Positions 19,424 to 29,350 are shown, counted from the stretch's first letter. The stretch is DNA of 64,000 nt from Amoebidium appalachense (GCA_963693365.1 CAVNZM010000012.1:992001-1056000); one strand, 5' to 3'. The notes: generated by a model from the letters alone, not told the origin. Program-made: numbers and translations.

Positions 19424-21157
19424 TTAGAAATAATTTTGCGTCCCCCATTCAAGGTCTGCATAGAAGGTGGGAGGGTGGGTGACTATGTTGGTGCGGGGAA
19501 TGCTGGCCTTGTCCTTGTAGTCGGTAAACCGTGGGTACTTTGCCAACACCAGCACGTCAAAGTTGTTGTAGCCGGCAACGCTTGCATAGCTCTCTGTGTC
19601 GGTCTGGAAGAGCTTTGTCAGCCTTACCTTGAGCTTGAACCGAAAGTCATCCCCTGTGGGAACAACGGCCCCCTCCAACATGCCGGAGCCTAGCGCAAAC
19701 GGGTAGATGTTGTTTATGTCCCACGGGGACACGCACGACATGGGTAGGGAGCCCACGTGGGTGACATACTTGCGTACACCGTTGGTCCCTAGTGTCCAGA
19801 AGTAGACAATCACCATGAGTTCGGCCCCCGGCGATGATATACACTGGGGTTTAATGACTGGCTCGTACGTTGACCTGTATATGCTGATCGTGTCCTCCCA
19901 TGCAGCCTTTCCGGCAACGTTCCACCCCTGGGCGGCAGCATGGTGTACTTTCACCGTCAGGTAGGCCGGGCCCGTGCGCCGGCTCCCGTACGTGTCGCTG
20001 AGCAGCATGCCCTCGCCGGCCGGTGGCATACGGGGTTTGATGGCACCCATGTCTGTGGTCAGGGTAGCCACGGTCGTGTCGTGGAGATTCACGAGCGTGT
20101 TGAGCCGGTTGACGTCGAGGCCAAGTGTCGTGCTACTACTCTTCAGACTGGCAATGTCCGTGTTCTGTGTCGTGTTGACCGTCACTGCACCGTTGGCCGT
20201 GTTGAGGGCATTGGTGGCTTTCGCCTCCACGGCCGTCAGCCGGGCGTCGAGGGACCCTGTGGTAGTTTTGAGGCCGGCAATGTCGTTTGTCTGCGTGGTG
20301 TTGACCGTCACTGCACCGTTGGCCGTGTTGAGGGCGGTGGTGGCCTTGCCCTCCACTGCCGTCAGCCTCGTGTCCAGGCTCCCCGTGGTGGTCTTGAGGC
20401 CGGCAATGTCCGTGTTCTGTGTGGTGTTGACCGTCACTGCACCGTTGGCCGTGTTGAGGGCGGTGGTGGCCTTGCCCTCCACTGCCGTCAGCCTCGTGTC
20501 CAGGCTCCCCGTGGTGGTCTTGAGGCCGGCAATGTCCGTGTTCTGTGTGGTGTTGACCGTCACTGCGCCGTTGGCCGTGTTGAGGGCGGTGGTGGCCTTG
20601 CCCTCCACTGCCGTCAGCCTCGTGTCCAGGCCCCCCGTGGTGGTCTTGAGGTCGGCAATGTCCGTGTTCTGTGTGGTGTTGACCGTCACTGCGCCGTTGG
20701 CCACATCGAGGACCGACGCTACCTTCCCTTCTACTGCCGTCAGCCTTGTGCCCAGACCTCCTGCCGTGGTTTTGAGCCCGACAATGTCCGTGTTCTGCAT
20801 GGTGTTCACACCCTCCACGGCCGTCATTCGGGTACCCAGACCTTCCGTTGTGGTTTTGAGACCGGCAATGTCCGTGTCCTGTGTGGTGTTTACTTCTTCT
20901 ACGGTAGCCACCCTGGCCCCCAGTGCCTGCACGGTTGCATCGGACGGCACGTCGGCAGCGTCCACAAACGACATGTTGCCGTTGGGGTCACATGCCATGT
21001 AGGCAAATGTAGCCGGCCCGGTCAAGGGCAATGTCAGATCGTATGCATCGTGTTTGTGGCCTGTTGTGTTGGCCACCACCCCCACGTAGTAGCCGTCTTT
21101 TCGTCGGTTCGTGAGTGCAAGCCCGTCAGCCACGGTCCAGTTGAGTGATTTGGGCAT
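19424..21157 (-). CDS. Putative trimeric coiled-coil fibre protein (577 aa)
   Basis: Anchor N-terminus, 42-aa heptad repeats (TQNTDIAGLKTTTGSLDTRLTAVEGKATTALNTANGAVTVNT) and a beta-rich C-terminal head. Confidence 0.82.
   Translation of the reverse strand: MPKSLNWTVADGLALTNRRKDGYYVGVVANTTGHKHDAYDLTLPLTGPATFAYMACDPNGNMSFVDAADVPSDATVQALGARVATVEEVNTTQDTDIAGLKTTTEGLGTRMTAVEGVNTMQNTDIVGLKTTAGGLGTRLTAVEGKVASVLDVANGAVTVNTTQNTDIADLKTTTGGLDTRLTAVEGKATTALNTANGAVTVNTTQNTDIAGLKTTTGSLDTRLTAVEGKATTALNTANGAVTVNTTQNTDIAGLKTTTGSLDTRLTAVEGKATTALNTANGAVTVNTTQTNDIAGLKTTTGSLDARLTAVEAKATNALNTANGAVTVNTTQNTDIASLKSSSTTLGLDVNRLNTLVNLHDTTVATLTTDMGAIKPRMPPAGEGMLLSDTYGSRRTGPAYLTVKVHHAAAQGWNVAGKAAWEDTISIYRSTYEPVIKPQCISSPGAELMVIVYFWTLGTNGVRKYVTHVGSLPMSCVSPWDINNIYPFALGSGMLEGAVVPTGDDFRFKLKVRLTKLFQTDTESYASVAGYNNFDVLVLAKYPRFTDYKDKASIPRTNIVTHPPTFYADLEWGTQNYF
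20150..20905 (-). repeat. Coding tandem repeat in the fibre shaft: five 126-bp units plus 84-bp units
   Basis: The CAATGTC(C/G) anchor recurs at ~20150, 20276, 20402, 20528, 20654, 20780 and 20864. Confidence 0.9.
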
Positions 21158-21237
21158 GGTTGCACAAGTGTGCACGTTACTACATGACGTTGAATTTTTG
21201 TACGGTGTTTATAACGGTATTTGTGCCCACTACCACC

Positions 21238-22296
21238 ATGGACCAAGCCCCAACACACCTCGTAGTCATGCAACACGTCGGTGACTTTGTGCAAGGCCAG
21301 AAGGACCCAGCCCCTGTGGAAATGAAGGCCATGCTGTCTCCCCCGATAGGGTTCCAGCAGAACACGTCGTTGGGGGTCAAGTGGGTGAGCACCATGACCA
21401 CCCCCACCACCTTCTACTACCCGTACCCCCGTGATGAGTGCTATGTCAACATGGCCCGCCAGCTCCCGACCCCGGGAGGGGGGTGGGGCTCACCCACCGA
21501 CATCCAGCGCCTGTACTTTGAAGCCACACCCGACGAGTTGCAAATCGAACCTGGCAAGAAGGTGTGGCGTACCATTCCCCTGTGGGAGTTAGGGGTGAGC
21601 CCGACGGGTGCCTTTGTGGGTCGTGGGAGCAGCAACGAGTTATCCAGAGACCTGGCGAGTACTGAAAACGTCTTTGGGTCGTATATGGGGCATTGGTTGC
21701 AGTTCCTGCTGGATAGGTACCTTACGAGCGTACTTGGCAACGACAAACCTGCCGACGGGGAAGTGGAGTTGAGCTACGACGAGAAGACCGGTCGGATTAA
21801 GTTCGTAAACCGTGCACCCGATACCAGGTACCTCATGTGGTTCGACTCGCCGGTGGTGGCTGCTGCAGCCGGTATGAACGTGGGGGATAGCCTGGTTAGC
21901 TCAAAGCCCGGCAGGGACGAGACCACGGCCCCTAATGTTGGGTGTTTCCCCACCCACTTCCTCCTCGAGCTTCACGGTGTGAACTCAGAGTCGTCCGTGA
22001 GTATAGCCAACGCCGACGTCAAGTTTCAGTCCTCCTACCCCAGCAAGGACGTGCTGGCCGTCATTCCTGCCTTTCCCAACATCACCGTCCCGTTCTTTGA
22101 CAACGGGGCAGTCATCGAGCTACCACTCGACGTCAGCACGCACATCAACTCTCTCACAGTGAGGCTGGTGAGCTGTTACGGCAACGTTGTACGGATGAGA
22201 GGTGACGTGACCTTTTTATTGTGCCTGAGGCGTATTCCCAGACCCACAGGGTCCACGGTCGTCCGACCCATGAGCAAGCCACAACGGTTCGGCTAG
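21238..22296 (+). CDS. Minor capsid protein (penton, single jelly roll)
   Basis: C-terminal signature DVLAVIP...IELPLDVSTHINSLTVRLVSCYGNVVRMRGDVTFLLCLR is typical of Polinton/PLV pentons. ACCACCATGG start. Confidence 0.85.
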   Translation: MDQAPTHLVVMQHVGDFVQGQKDPAPVEMKAMLSPPIGFQQNTSLGVKWVSTMTTPTTFYYPYPRDECYVNMARQLPTPGGGWGSPTDIQRLYFEATPDELQIEPGKKVWRTIPLWELGVSPTGAFVGRGSSNELSRDLASTENVFGSYMGHWLQFLLDRYLTSVLGNDKPADGEVELSYDEKTGRIKFVNRAPDTRYLMWFDSPVVAAAAGMNVGDSLVSSKPGRDETTAPNVGCFPTHFLLELHGVNSESSVSIANADVKFQSSYPSKDVLAVIPAFPNITVPFFDNGAVIELPLDVSTHINSLTVRLVSCYGNVVRMRGDVTFLLCLRRIPRPTGSTVVRPMSKPQRFG

Positions 22297-22342
22297 GTGT
22301 TGCATATTTTCACCACCACTCAATGAAGACATTACTACCACC

Positions 22343-22582
22343 ATGAATTTTCAACAAGGCACGGGCTATACCAACGACTCCGAGTACTGGCGACCGCCAC
22401 GGCCGGACCGAACGGCAGCACCACGCAACCACACCCTTATTGTCCACCCCAACGAGCACTGGGATAGGTTTCAGACGGTGTTGAACATTGGTCGTGCTGC
22501 CCAAAACGTGGCCTACGTCGGCAGCAACATCAACTACATGCAGAGGTCCTTCAGGCGGGGTGGGGGTCGGTCGTACCCCTAG
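22343..22582 (+). CDS. Small viral protein (79 aa)
   Basis: CCACCATG start, tightly packed between neighbouring genes. Confidence 0.6.
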   Translation: MNFQQGTGYTNDSEYWRPPRPDRTAAPRNHTLIVHPNEHWDRFQTVLNIGRAAQNVAYVGSNINYMQRSFRRGGGRSYP

Positions 22583-22872
22583 ATGTTGGTCTCCCCCTCC
22601 TGTTTCTGTATGTGGGCAAGCATGCGGGCATCCAGCTGGGCCTCGTACTCCAGCACCTTCCTCAGCTCCTCCTGCCGGTCCACCGGCACCTTCTTCTTCA
22701 ACTGCCGGAACTTTTTCTCGATTTTGTTTTCGGGCTTCTTCCCTTCCGTGTTGCCGGCCGGGTCAAACTGTTTGTCGGTGCCGTGGCGTATGTAGAACTG
22801 CAAGTAGTCGTCAAAGGTGAAGGGTGACGAGTATGCCGACGGCAAATTCTTCATGTTCTTCGGGGTGGCCAT
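22579..22872 (-). CDS. Small helical viral protein (97 aa)
   Basis: Codon-biased ORF, stop overlaps the convergent gene, AAAAATTCA motif upstream. Confidence 0.65.
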   Translation of the reverse strand: MATPKNMKNLPSAYSSPFTFDDYLQFYIRHGTDKQFDPAGNTEGKKPENKIEKKFRQLKKKVPVDRQEELRKVLEYEAQLDARMLAHIQKQEGETNI

Positions 22873-22913
22873 GCCTGCATGTAGCCTAGCTACTAGTGGT
22901 ATGTGTGAATTTT

Positions 22914-23537
22914 TCACCACGAGATGAGGTTGGCAATGTGGTCACTGTAACTACGCTGCGGGGGAGGGGGCTGCTGTGATGCTGCCTGTGTGTGGTACGT
23001 GCCGTAGCCCGTGTGGGGCATGCTGTGACGTATCGGTGGAGGCCCGAAGCTGCCCGGTGCACCCATGGGGTGTGGGGGTGGGGGTGGGGGCACGTAATAG
23101 TGCTCATAGTACGGGTTGTACGGGTTGTCATACCCGTCACTCTCCTCGTAGCTGTCCTCCTCTTCATAGGTCACCCGTGCCAAGGGCTTTCGTGGGGCCT
23201 TCTTCTGCTTTGGCCGGGGGGCCTTTGGGGGTGCTACCAGTACCGGTGCTGCTGCTGGGGGTGGGGGGTCGGCTGGGCGGGTCTCCAGCACCTGCAGCTT
23301 CTGCTCAAGTTCACGGATATAGTCCTTGTTCCTACGCATGCGTTCCACCCTTGTGCTCCTACCCTTCTCCAAGGCCTCCAGCTGCCGTGCTGTGGGTTGC
23401 CGTTTGGCCCTTGCCGCGTTGCCGGCTTCCAGCACCATGGGGTCCACACCCATACCGGTGTTGGTGGTTTCGTTGGACACCGGTTGGTCGGCCTCACCGT
23501 CCGACATGCGCTCGATTTGGTTCTCGTCGGTTGACAT
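22914..23537 (-). CDS. Pro/Tyr-rich viral protein with a basic coiled coil (207 aa)
   Basis: AKRQPTARQLEALEKGRSTRVERMRR helix and poly-Pro tracts; AAAAAAATGTG motif upstream. Confidence 0.7.
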   Translation of the reverse strand: MSTDENQIERMSDGEADQPVSNETTNTGMGVDPMVLEAGNAARAKRQPTARQLEALEKGRSTRVERMRRNKDYIRELEQKLQVLETRPADPPPPAAAPVLVAPPKAPRPKQKKAPRKPLARVTYEEEDSYEESDGYDNPYNPYYEHYYVPPPPPPHPMGAPGSFGPPPIRHSMPHTGYGTYHTQAASQQPPPPQRSYSDHIANLISW

Positions 23538-23631
23538 TGTTGGTGTTACCAATAGGGACACATTTTTTTCCAACGTTGGGCGTACATACGTCCAAAAAAT
23601 GTGTGCCCACTATCAAACACGGTCAACCAAC

Positions 23632-23868
23632 ATGGTCGGCACAACGTCCAAGAGCGCGTCCGACACGGATGCCGAGCCGTGGCAGCACGCGTGCGACTTC
23701 TGTGGGCACTGGTTCCGGTGTGCCACGCAGGAGGAGGGGCCAGGCTGTGACTTTGACTGTGGGTGCACCATGACGTGGCTGGGGGACGAGCCTATGTACC
23801 TCTGCAGTTTCAAGTGCCTCGACGAGTTTACCGTCTACAACGTGCAGATCGACAGCTGCCGTCATTAA
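23632..23868 (+). CDS. Small Cys-rich zinc-finger protein (TRASH/FCS-like); alternative start at 23599
   Basis: CDFC...CDFDCGC...YLCSFKC spacing. Confidence 0.6.
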   Translation: MVGTTSKSASDTDAEPWQHACDFCGHWFRCATQEEGPGCDFDCGCTMTWLGDEPMYLCSFKCLDEFTVYNVQIDSCRH

Positions 23869-23896
23869 TTTTAGCCACCCTACACTGAGTGACACC

Positions 23897-24640
23897 ATGC
23901 ACCCTACCCCACCCATAGCCGTCAACCCCTTGCCGGCACCACTGTCGGTGGAGCACATTCCGATGACGTGTGACACCAAACTGAACGTGCCCTACCCCCT
24001 CATGGACAACGTGTTCTTCTTTTTGCTTATTGGCCAGCCTGGTTCTGGCAAGTCCAACCTGCTCGTCAACCTCATTGCCCGGGAGGGCGAGTTCTACAAT
24101 AAACAGTTTGACCGTGTGTACATTTTCAGCCCGAGCATGCACACCCTCGGCACGGCCCTGAAAATTCCCAAGGCCCGCCTGCACCAGGACGTCACCTTCC
24201 TCCCCGAGATTCTCAAACTGTCCCTCCAACACAAGAAGGTCAACCCAAATTACCGGATGTTGTTGGTGTTCGACGACATGTCCCATATTTTCCGAAAATC
24301 CGGCAACCTCCGTGAATTTGTACGTATGGCACAGAACCGACGACACATTGGTGTGTCGGTGATGATGGTGGGGCAGAAATTGAACAAGATCCCCCTTGAG
24401 CTACGTAGCCAGGCCGATGCCTTGGCCTATTTTAAGAACACCAACAACACCGAGCTCAAGGTGTTGAGGGACGAGTTCTTGCCGACCCTCGAAACCCCCC
24501 AGTTTTTCGAGCTCATGGACACGGTCTACCGGGACAAGCACGACTTTCTTTTTATCCGGCTGAACGAGGGTCGGATGTTTCGCAATTTTGAGGAGGAGGT
24601 GGTGCTCGGCACGAATGAAAAAAATGTCGACCATGTGTAA
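23897..24640 (+). CDS. A32-like FtsK/HerA genome-packaging ATPase
   Basis: Walker A GQPGSGKS, FDRVYIFSPS, Walker B LLVFDD, NRRHIGVSVMMVGQ and IPLELRSQ. Confidence 0.96.
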   Translation: MHPTPPIAVNPLPAPLSVEHIPMTCDTKLNVPYPLMDNVFFFLLIGQPGSGKSNLLVNLIAREGEFYNKQFDRVYIFSPSMHTLGTALKIPKARLHQDVTFLPEILKLSLQHKKVNPNYRMLLVFDDMSHIFRKSGNLREFVRMAQNRRHIGVSVMMVGQKLNKIPLELRSQADALAYFKNTNNTELKVLRDEFLPTLETPQFFELMDTVYRDKHDFLFIRLNEGRMFRNFEEEVVLGTNEKNVDHV

Positions 24641-24652
24641 CACACCGGCAAC

Positions 24653-26401
24653 ATGGCAGCCCCCTACGACGCCTCCGTGCCCCTCAACCTGGCCTACCAC
24701 AAGCTGACGGACGCCGGCACCTACTCACCTGTCGAGCTCAGCCACATTAACCGCCGATCGACCGTCAAGACCTATCCGGTGACCGGCTCGACGTACAGCT
24801 CCAAGGGGCAGCGTGTGATTCGGTTCTCCCTGCCTGCTGTGGGCTTCCTGGACTGTCTCAACAGCTACATGACGTTCCAGTTCAAGGCCAACGTCCCCAA
24901 CGCCCCCGAGAACGTGGGTGTCAAGGTGGAGAGACTGCGGAAGTTCCCCCTCCCTGACCAGCTCGACCACCCCATCAGCAACAACCAGGACACTGTCGGC
25001 TTTGAGGGTACCACAGTGCCCCAGACCGGGACGGCTGATTCTGACACCCTCAATCCGGCGGCTGTTGCCAGTAAGGACATTTTCCCTCTCAAGGTCCGTA
25101 ACCTGGAGGGTATGGCTATGATGGGTGGTCACCTGTGCTCCTCGGCTGCCCCCTTTGACCGTGCCCGCGTGTCCATCAACGGCACTACCGTGGAGGACAT
25201 TTCTGGGTACAACCACCTCATGATCAACCTTGAACGCTTCCTGTCGTCGGCCGACTACGGCAACTGCCCTGCCGGCCGCATGCATGGCAGCTACGGGCCC
25301 CAGGACGACGACTGGGAGTACGCAGACAAGTGGAATACGGCTGTCGATAGTAAATACGCTCTCTTCAACCCCGACCCGCTCAAGAGGCTGTTTGGCATTG
25401 AAAAGCTCAAGGACGTAGCCCCCCTTGCCAATGACACCTTGATACCCACACCCGCCGAGGCCGACAGTGTACCCGGCAAGGACCGCATTACAGACGGCAA
25501 GTACCTCGACTACACCAAGAAGGTGGCCAAGTGGCCACCCCAGCAGGTCAACGTTCAGGCCCAGATCGATGCCACTGACGGGTTCACCTACATTCATCAG
25601 CTCAAGCTCGGCCTCATGCGTTCCGGCAGGTACCTGCCCCTGTCATACATGGGGGAGGTACAGATCGAGCTGTCGCTGGGGGAGGCCAACCAGGTGCTGT
25701 ACGTGCCCACCGAGAACGCGGAATGGGTGAAGGACGTGTCCTACGAGATTATCAACCCCGTCTTCCACTGTGAAATTATTGAGTGGAACGCCGTGTACAC
25801 GGCCGGCTTTGAGAAGGCTCTGATGGAGAAGAACGTGTATATTCCATACAGCACGTTCACCCATTTCCAGAGCTACGTCAAGGGGGGCAGTCCTGCCGAC
25901 CTGCACATTTCGTTCCGGGGGCGGAACGTCAAGTCCCTGCTGTCCCTGGTGAGGAGTGGCAACGACTGGGCCCAAGCAAACAGCGAGACGTTCAGGTCCA
26001 AGCGTAGTAACATCACCAGCTACCAGATCAAGATAGGACCCTACCAGAAGCCCCTCGACGAGATTCGAGTGTCCTCGAACAACTGTGCCGAGGCATGGGC
26101 GGAGTTGGCCAAGGCCCTGTACTTCTTGGGTGACGTCACGGCCGACTGCATGTACAACAGCACTGCCTGGCCGGATAAACAGTTCATGATTGCCCTTGAC
26201 CTGGAGAGGGACCGTGACCTGTACTCTGGCCTCGACACCAGCTCCGATGCTACCCCCATTCTGCTGCACCTCAACACGGAGAAGTTCACCAGCGGTACCT
26301 CCAGAGCCAACGAGTACGACGACCTGACCCTTGACACGTTTGTGCACCATGAAAACGTGCTTGTGCTGTCTGGTGCCCGTGAGGTGACGGTGGAGGCCTA
26401 G
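24653..26401 (+). CDS. Major capsid protein, double jelly roll, PLV type (582 aa)
   Basis: YPVTGSTYS...IRFSLPAVGFLDCLNSYMTF, FDRARVSINGTTVEDISGYN, RYLPLSYMGEVQIELSL, IPYSTF, FMIALDLE...SGLDT and TFVHHENVL; adjacent to the ATPase. Confidence 0.9.
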   Translation: MAAPYDASVPLNLAYHKLTDAGTYSPVELSHINRRSTVKTYPVTGSTYSSKGQRVIRFSLPAVGFLDCLNSYMTFQFKANVPNAPENVGVKVERLRKFPLPDQLDHPISNNQDTVGFEGTTVPQTGTADSDTLNPAAVASKDIFPLKVRNLEGMAMMGGHLCSSAAPFDRARVSINGTTVEDISGYNHLMINLERFLSSADYGNCPAGRMHGSYGPQDDDWEYADKWNTAVDSKYALFNPDPLKRLFGIEKLKDVAPLANDTLIPTPAEADSVPGKDRITDGKYLDYTKKVAKWPPQQVNVQAQIDATDGFTYIHQLKLGLMRSGRYLPLSYMGEVQIELSLGEANQVLYVPTENAEWVKDVSYEIINPVFHCEIIEWNAVYTAGFEKALMEKNVYIPYSTFTHFQSYVKGGSPADLHISFRGRNVKSLLSLVRSGNDWAQANSETFRSKRSNITSYQIKIGPYQKPLDEIRVSSNNCAEAWAELAKALYFLGDVTADCMYNSTAWPDKQFMIALDLERDRDLYSGLDTSSDATPILLHLNTEKFTSGTSRANEYDDLTLDTFVHHENVLVLSGAREVTVEA

Positions 26402-26449
26402 AGTGCTAAATTGTGTCTGGCTATATAAAAACAAGCACACACGGCAAAC

Positions 26450-26869
26450 ATGGCTACCGACACTGCTATTGTACCGTGGGCACCTACACCTAGCCATGTT
26501 ACCGACACTGCCGTTGTACCGTGGGCACCTACACCAACCCAGGCAGCCGTGTACGGCTACAAGGTGGCTCCACAGGCCGAGTACGAGGCAGCCTATGTTG
26601 CCCCCTACCGTGTACCTCACACGGACGGCACCTTCCAGGCCGGGGTGTACGGTGTGCCGTTCCGTGAGCTGCCGACTTTCGGCAACCTGCCCGCCGACAA
26701 CCACCTACCCTCCATGCCGGGCAGGAGTGGTCTGGGTAGCAGGGGTCTCCCGTTCAACAACCAGACCTACTACCTGGACTTTGCACCCGTGAGGGTGGGC
26801 CGTAGTGGTGACCCCCAGAACAGCTTTACCAGGCAACCCATGGCACAGTATGCCGGGTTCTCCAAATAA
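26450..26869 (+). CDS. Viral hypothetical protein (139 aa) with a duplicated TDTA(I/V)VPWAPTP motif
   Basis: ATG follows TATATAAAA; 48-bp internal duplication. Confidence 0.7.
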   Translation: MATDTAIVPWAPTPSHVTDTAVVPWAPTPTQAAVYGYKVAPQAEYEAAYVAPYRVPHTDGTFQAGVYGVPFRELPTFGNLPADNHLPSMPGRSGLGSRGLPFNNQTYYLDFAPVRVGRSGDPQNSFTRQPMAQYAGFSK

Positions 26870-26902
26870 TAAACACCAGTTTACAACAATACCGTGTCCA
26901 CC

Positions 26903-29309
26903 ATGTCCCCCAACGTGCAGCAGCCTCATGGGCACGCTGATGACTTGGACAAGCATTTGGGTTGGTTACAACGTGTGGGCCATTACCGTGTCAGCTACAA
27001 GCACCCACACGAGGTCGCCGGGGAAACGTGGCGTGAGCTCCCTGTCGGTTTGTTTGGGTCTTTGCAGCAGGGTTGCACCCGGATGAATACCGTAAGCTCA
27101 TTAGGGAGGGTCCCGAGGCCTTCCTCAGGCTCAAGTACATGGACCCTGACCATGGGTCTTTGTGGGGTGGGCATCCGCCGGAGGTGGTTAAGGTGGACCT
27201 AGACTACATGGACTACTACTCCCACCTCAAGGACAAGTACGGTAGCTCGTACGTGTGGACCAGACCCCGACCACCCCCTCCCCCCGTGCCTGACGTGACC
27301 CCACTGGCACCCCCTCCCCTCCCCCCACCCCGTCCGACCACCCAACCAAGTCAGCTGACCCTCCCATACCCTACCCACCCCCGGGCTGGCACCCTGGACC
27401 ACCACCACCACGGCCAACGTCTGCCATACGTCCCCCTGCCCGTGTCTCCAAGGGACCGCTGACACCCCACACGGGCGGCTCGACCACGACTCCCCGACCG
27501 TCGGGTTTCCTAGGGCAGAAGGGACCCAAACCCACCCGTACACCCCTCCCGTACCCACCCCCCAACTGGCACCCCGGCCCACTGCCCACGACCCCTGCAG
27601 CACCCCACCTGCCTGCCAAGCCCGACGGGCCACCCCTCCCGTACCCACCCCCCAACTGGCACCCCGGCCCACTGCCCACGACCCCTGCAGCACCCCACCT
27701 GCCTGCCAAGCCCGACGGGCCACCCCTCCCGTACCCACCCCCCAACTGGCACCCCGGCCCACTGCCCACGACCCCTGCAGCACCCCACCTGCCTGCCAAG
27801 CCCGACGGGCCACCCCTCCCGTACCCACCCCCCAACTGGCACCCCGGCCCACTGCCCACGACCCCTGCAGCACCCCACCTGCCTGCCAAGCCCGACGGGC
27901 CACCCCTCCCGTACCCACCCCCCAACTGGCACCCCGGCCCACTGCCCACGACCCCTGCAGCACCCCACCTGCCGGCCATGGCACCAACCAGCACGGCAAC
28001 TTCTGCAACACCGACCGAGACTCAGCTAGCCGAAGCCACCACTGCTGCCGTTGCCACTATTGAGGACGACTCCTTTTGGGCCCCCCTCTCGGAGCTGGAG
28101 AGGTGGCTCATGTTGAACCACCCGAATTGGTGGAGGGTGGCACAGATAGGTGGCCTCGCTCTTGTCAAGTGGATCCTCTGGGGTCTCGGGGACAAGGGCA
28201 ACCAGGCGAGGGCTGCAAGGGCTGCCGGGAGGGAGTTTGGCCGTGTTCTAAGTGCACCACCACCACTGGCATTCCTAACCGAGACTCCGACGGTTCACCC
28301 CTCCCTTGCTGCCACCTACTACCCAACGACTAAAAAGTCGGTCACCATGAAGGGGGGAGGGACGACACCTGCACTCTGGAGACCCCCCACGAGCCCGGCT
28401 GCACCGTCAACCACTCTGCAAGGGGGACTCGAGGGTCCCACGTCTGCTACCCCACCCGATGAGGGGACCTATGAGCCCGTACCGGTGACCCGTACCGACA
28501 AGGGTTCCTCCGGTATGAACGCGTTGCTGGGGCCACTCAAACGGATGCACGGTGAGAGCCTGGAGGAGTATGAGAGACGGATGTACGAGCAAAACTCAGT
28601 GTTTGACAACCCGGCCTTGACACCCTATATGAAATCGGTGTTGAAACGTGGCGTTGAAGCACTTTCAGCGGGTGGGGAGAGGCTGGCTAGTGTGGTCGGA
28701 GGGGGCAGCCTGCAGGAAGCTGTGTTGGGTGACCAGGGCCTTATCACCGAGGTGAAAAACGTCGGAAAGCACTTGCTGGAGTACTACGTGCAGCAGCACA
28801 AGTCGACTCCACCGGCCTCCTCCACCCCTCTAGCTATAGAGCACGACCCTTCGGGTGGCCGTAGGTCCGGGAGAAAGCCTCCCCCTGCAGGCCCCTCTGC
28901 AAAACCAAGTCCGGCTACGCGTCATGACGGCTACAAGTCGGGGGACCTACCACACCACACACAGCACCCACACGTCCGAGCAGCCCTTCCGTTGGTTAGG
29001 GCAGCCCTACCGACTGTTGGCCGGGCCCTTGGTTTTCAACCGGACACTGTGAGACTGGCACAGCTTGCACTGGACTACACCACTGGTACCACCGAGGAGG
29101 ATAAGAAGAAGAAGGACACCAAGAAGAAGGGTACGAAGAAGAAGGACGGCAAGAAGAAGGACACCAAGAAGAAGGAGGACACCAAGAAGAAGGACACCAA
29201 GAAGAAGGACACCAAGAAGAAGGACACCAAGAAGAAGGACACCAAGAAGAAGGACACCAAGAAGAAGAAGGACGACAAAGAAACCAGCGGCAAGAAGAAG
29301 GGTAAATAA
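26903..29309 (+). CDS. Large Pro-rich protein with a Lys-rich (KKKDT)n tail, ~800 aa; two homopolymer frameshifts (27070-27072, 27299-27302)
   Basis: Adding one G and one C joins MSPNVQQ...LQQG, LHPDEYRK...DVTP and TGTPSP...PYPPPGWHPGP into the 27978-29309 frame. Confidence 0.7.
27541..27973 (+). repeat. Perfect 90-bp coding tandem repeat, 4.8 copies (PLPYPPPNWHPGPLPTTPAAPHLPAKPDGP)
   Basis: Identical units start at 27541, 27631, 27721, 27811 and 27901. Confidence 0.95.
29103..29300 (+). repeat. 15-bp coding repeat AAGAAGAAGGACACC (KKKDT)
   Basis: About a dozen perfect or degenerate units. Confidence 0.92.
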
Positions 29310-29350
29310 TCTACGCCACAGGCAACAGTGACACCACCACCACCACCATT

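Noticed and set aside
19940-21148. Long + strand ORFs (402 and 342 aa) over the fibre gene, and similar antisense ORFs over the MCP and pPolB
   Set aside because: Shadow ORFs caused by high GC3 and repeats; the opposite strand carries the recognisable proteins.
27541-27973. Regular repeats suggesting a CRISPR-like array (also 10623-11100 and 46004-46223)
   Set aside because: The units are head-to-tail with no unique spacers, there are no cas genes, and the context is eukaryotic.
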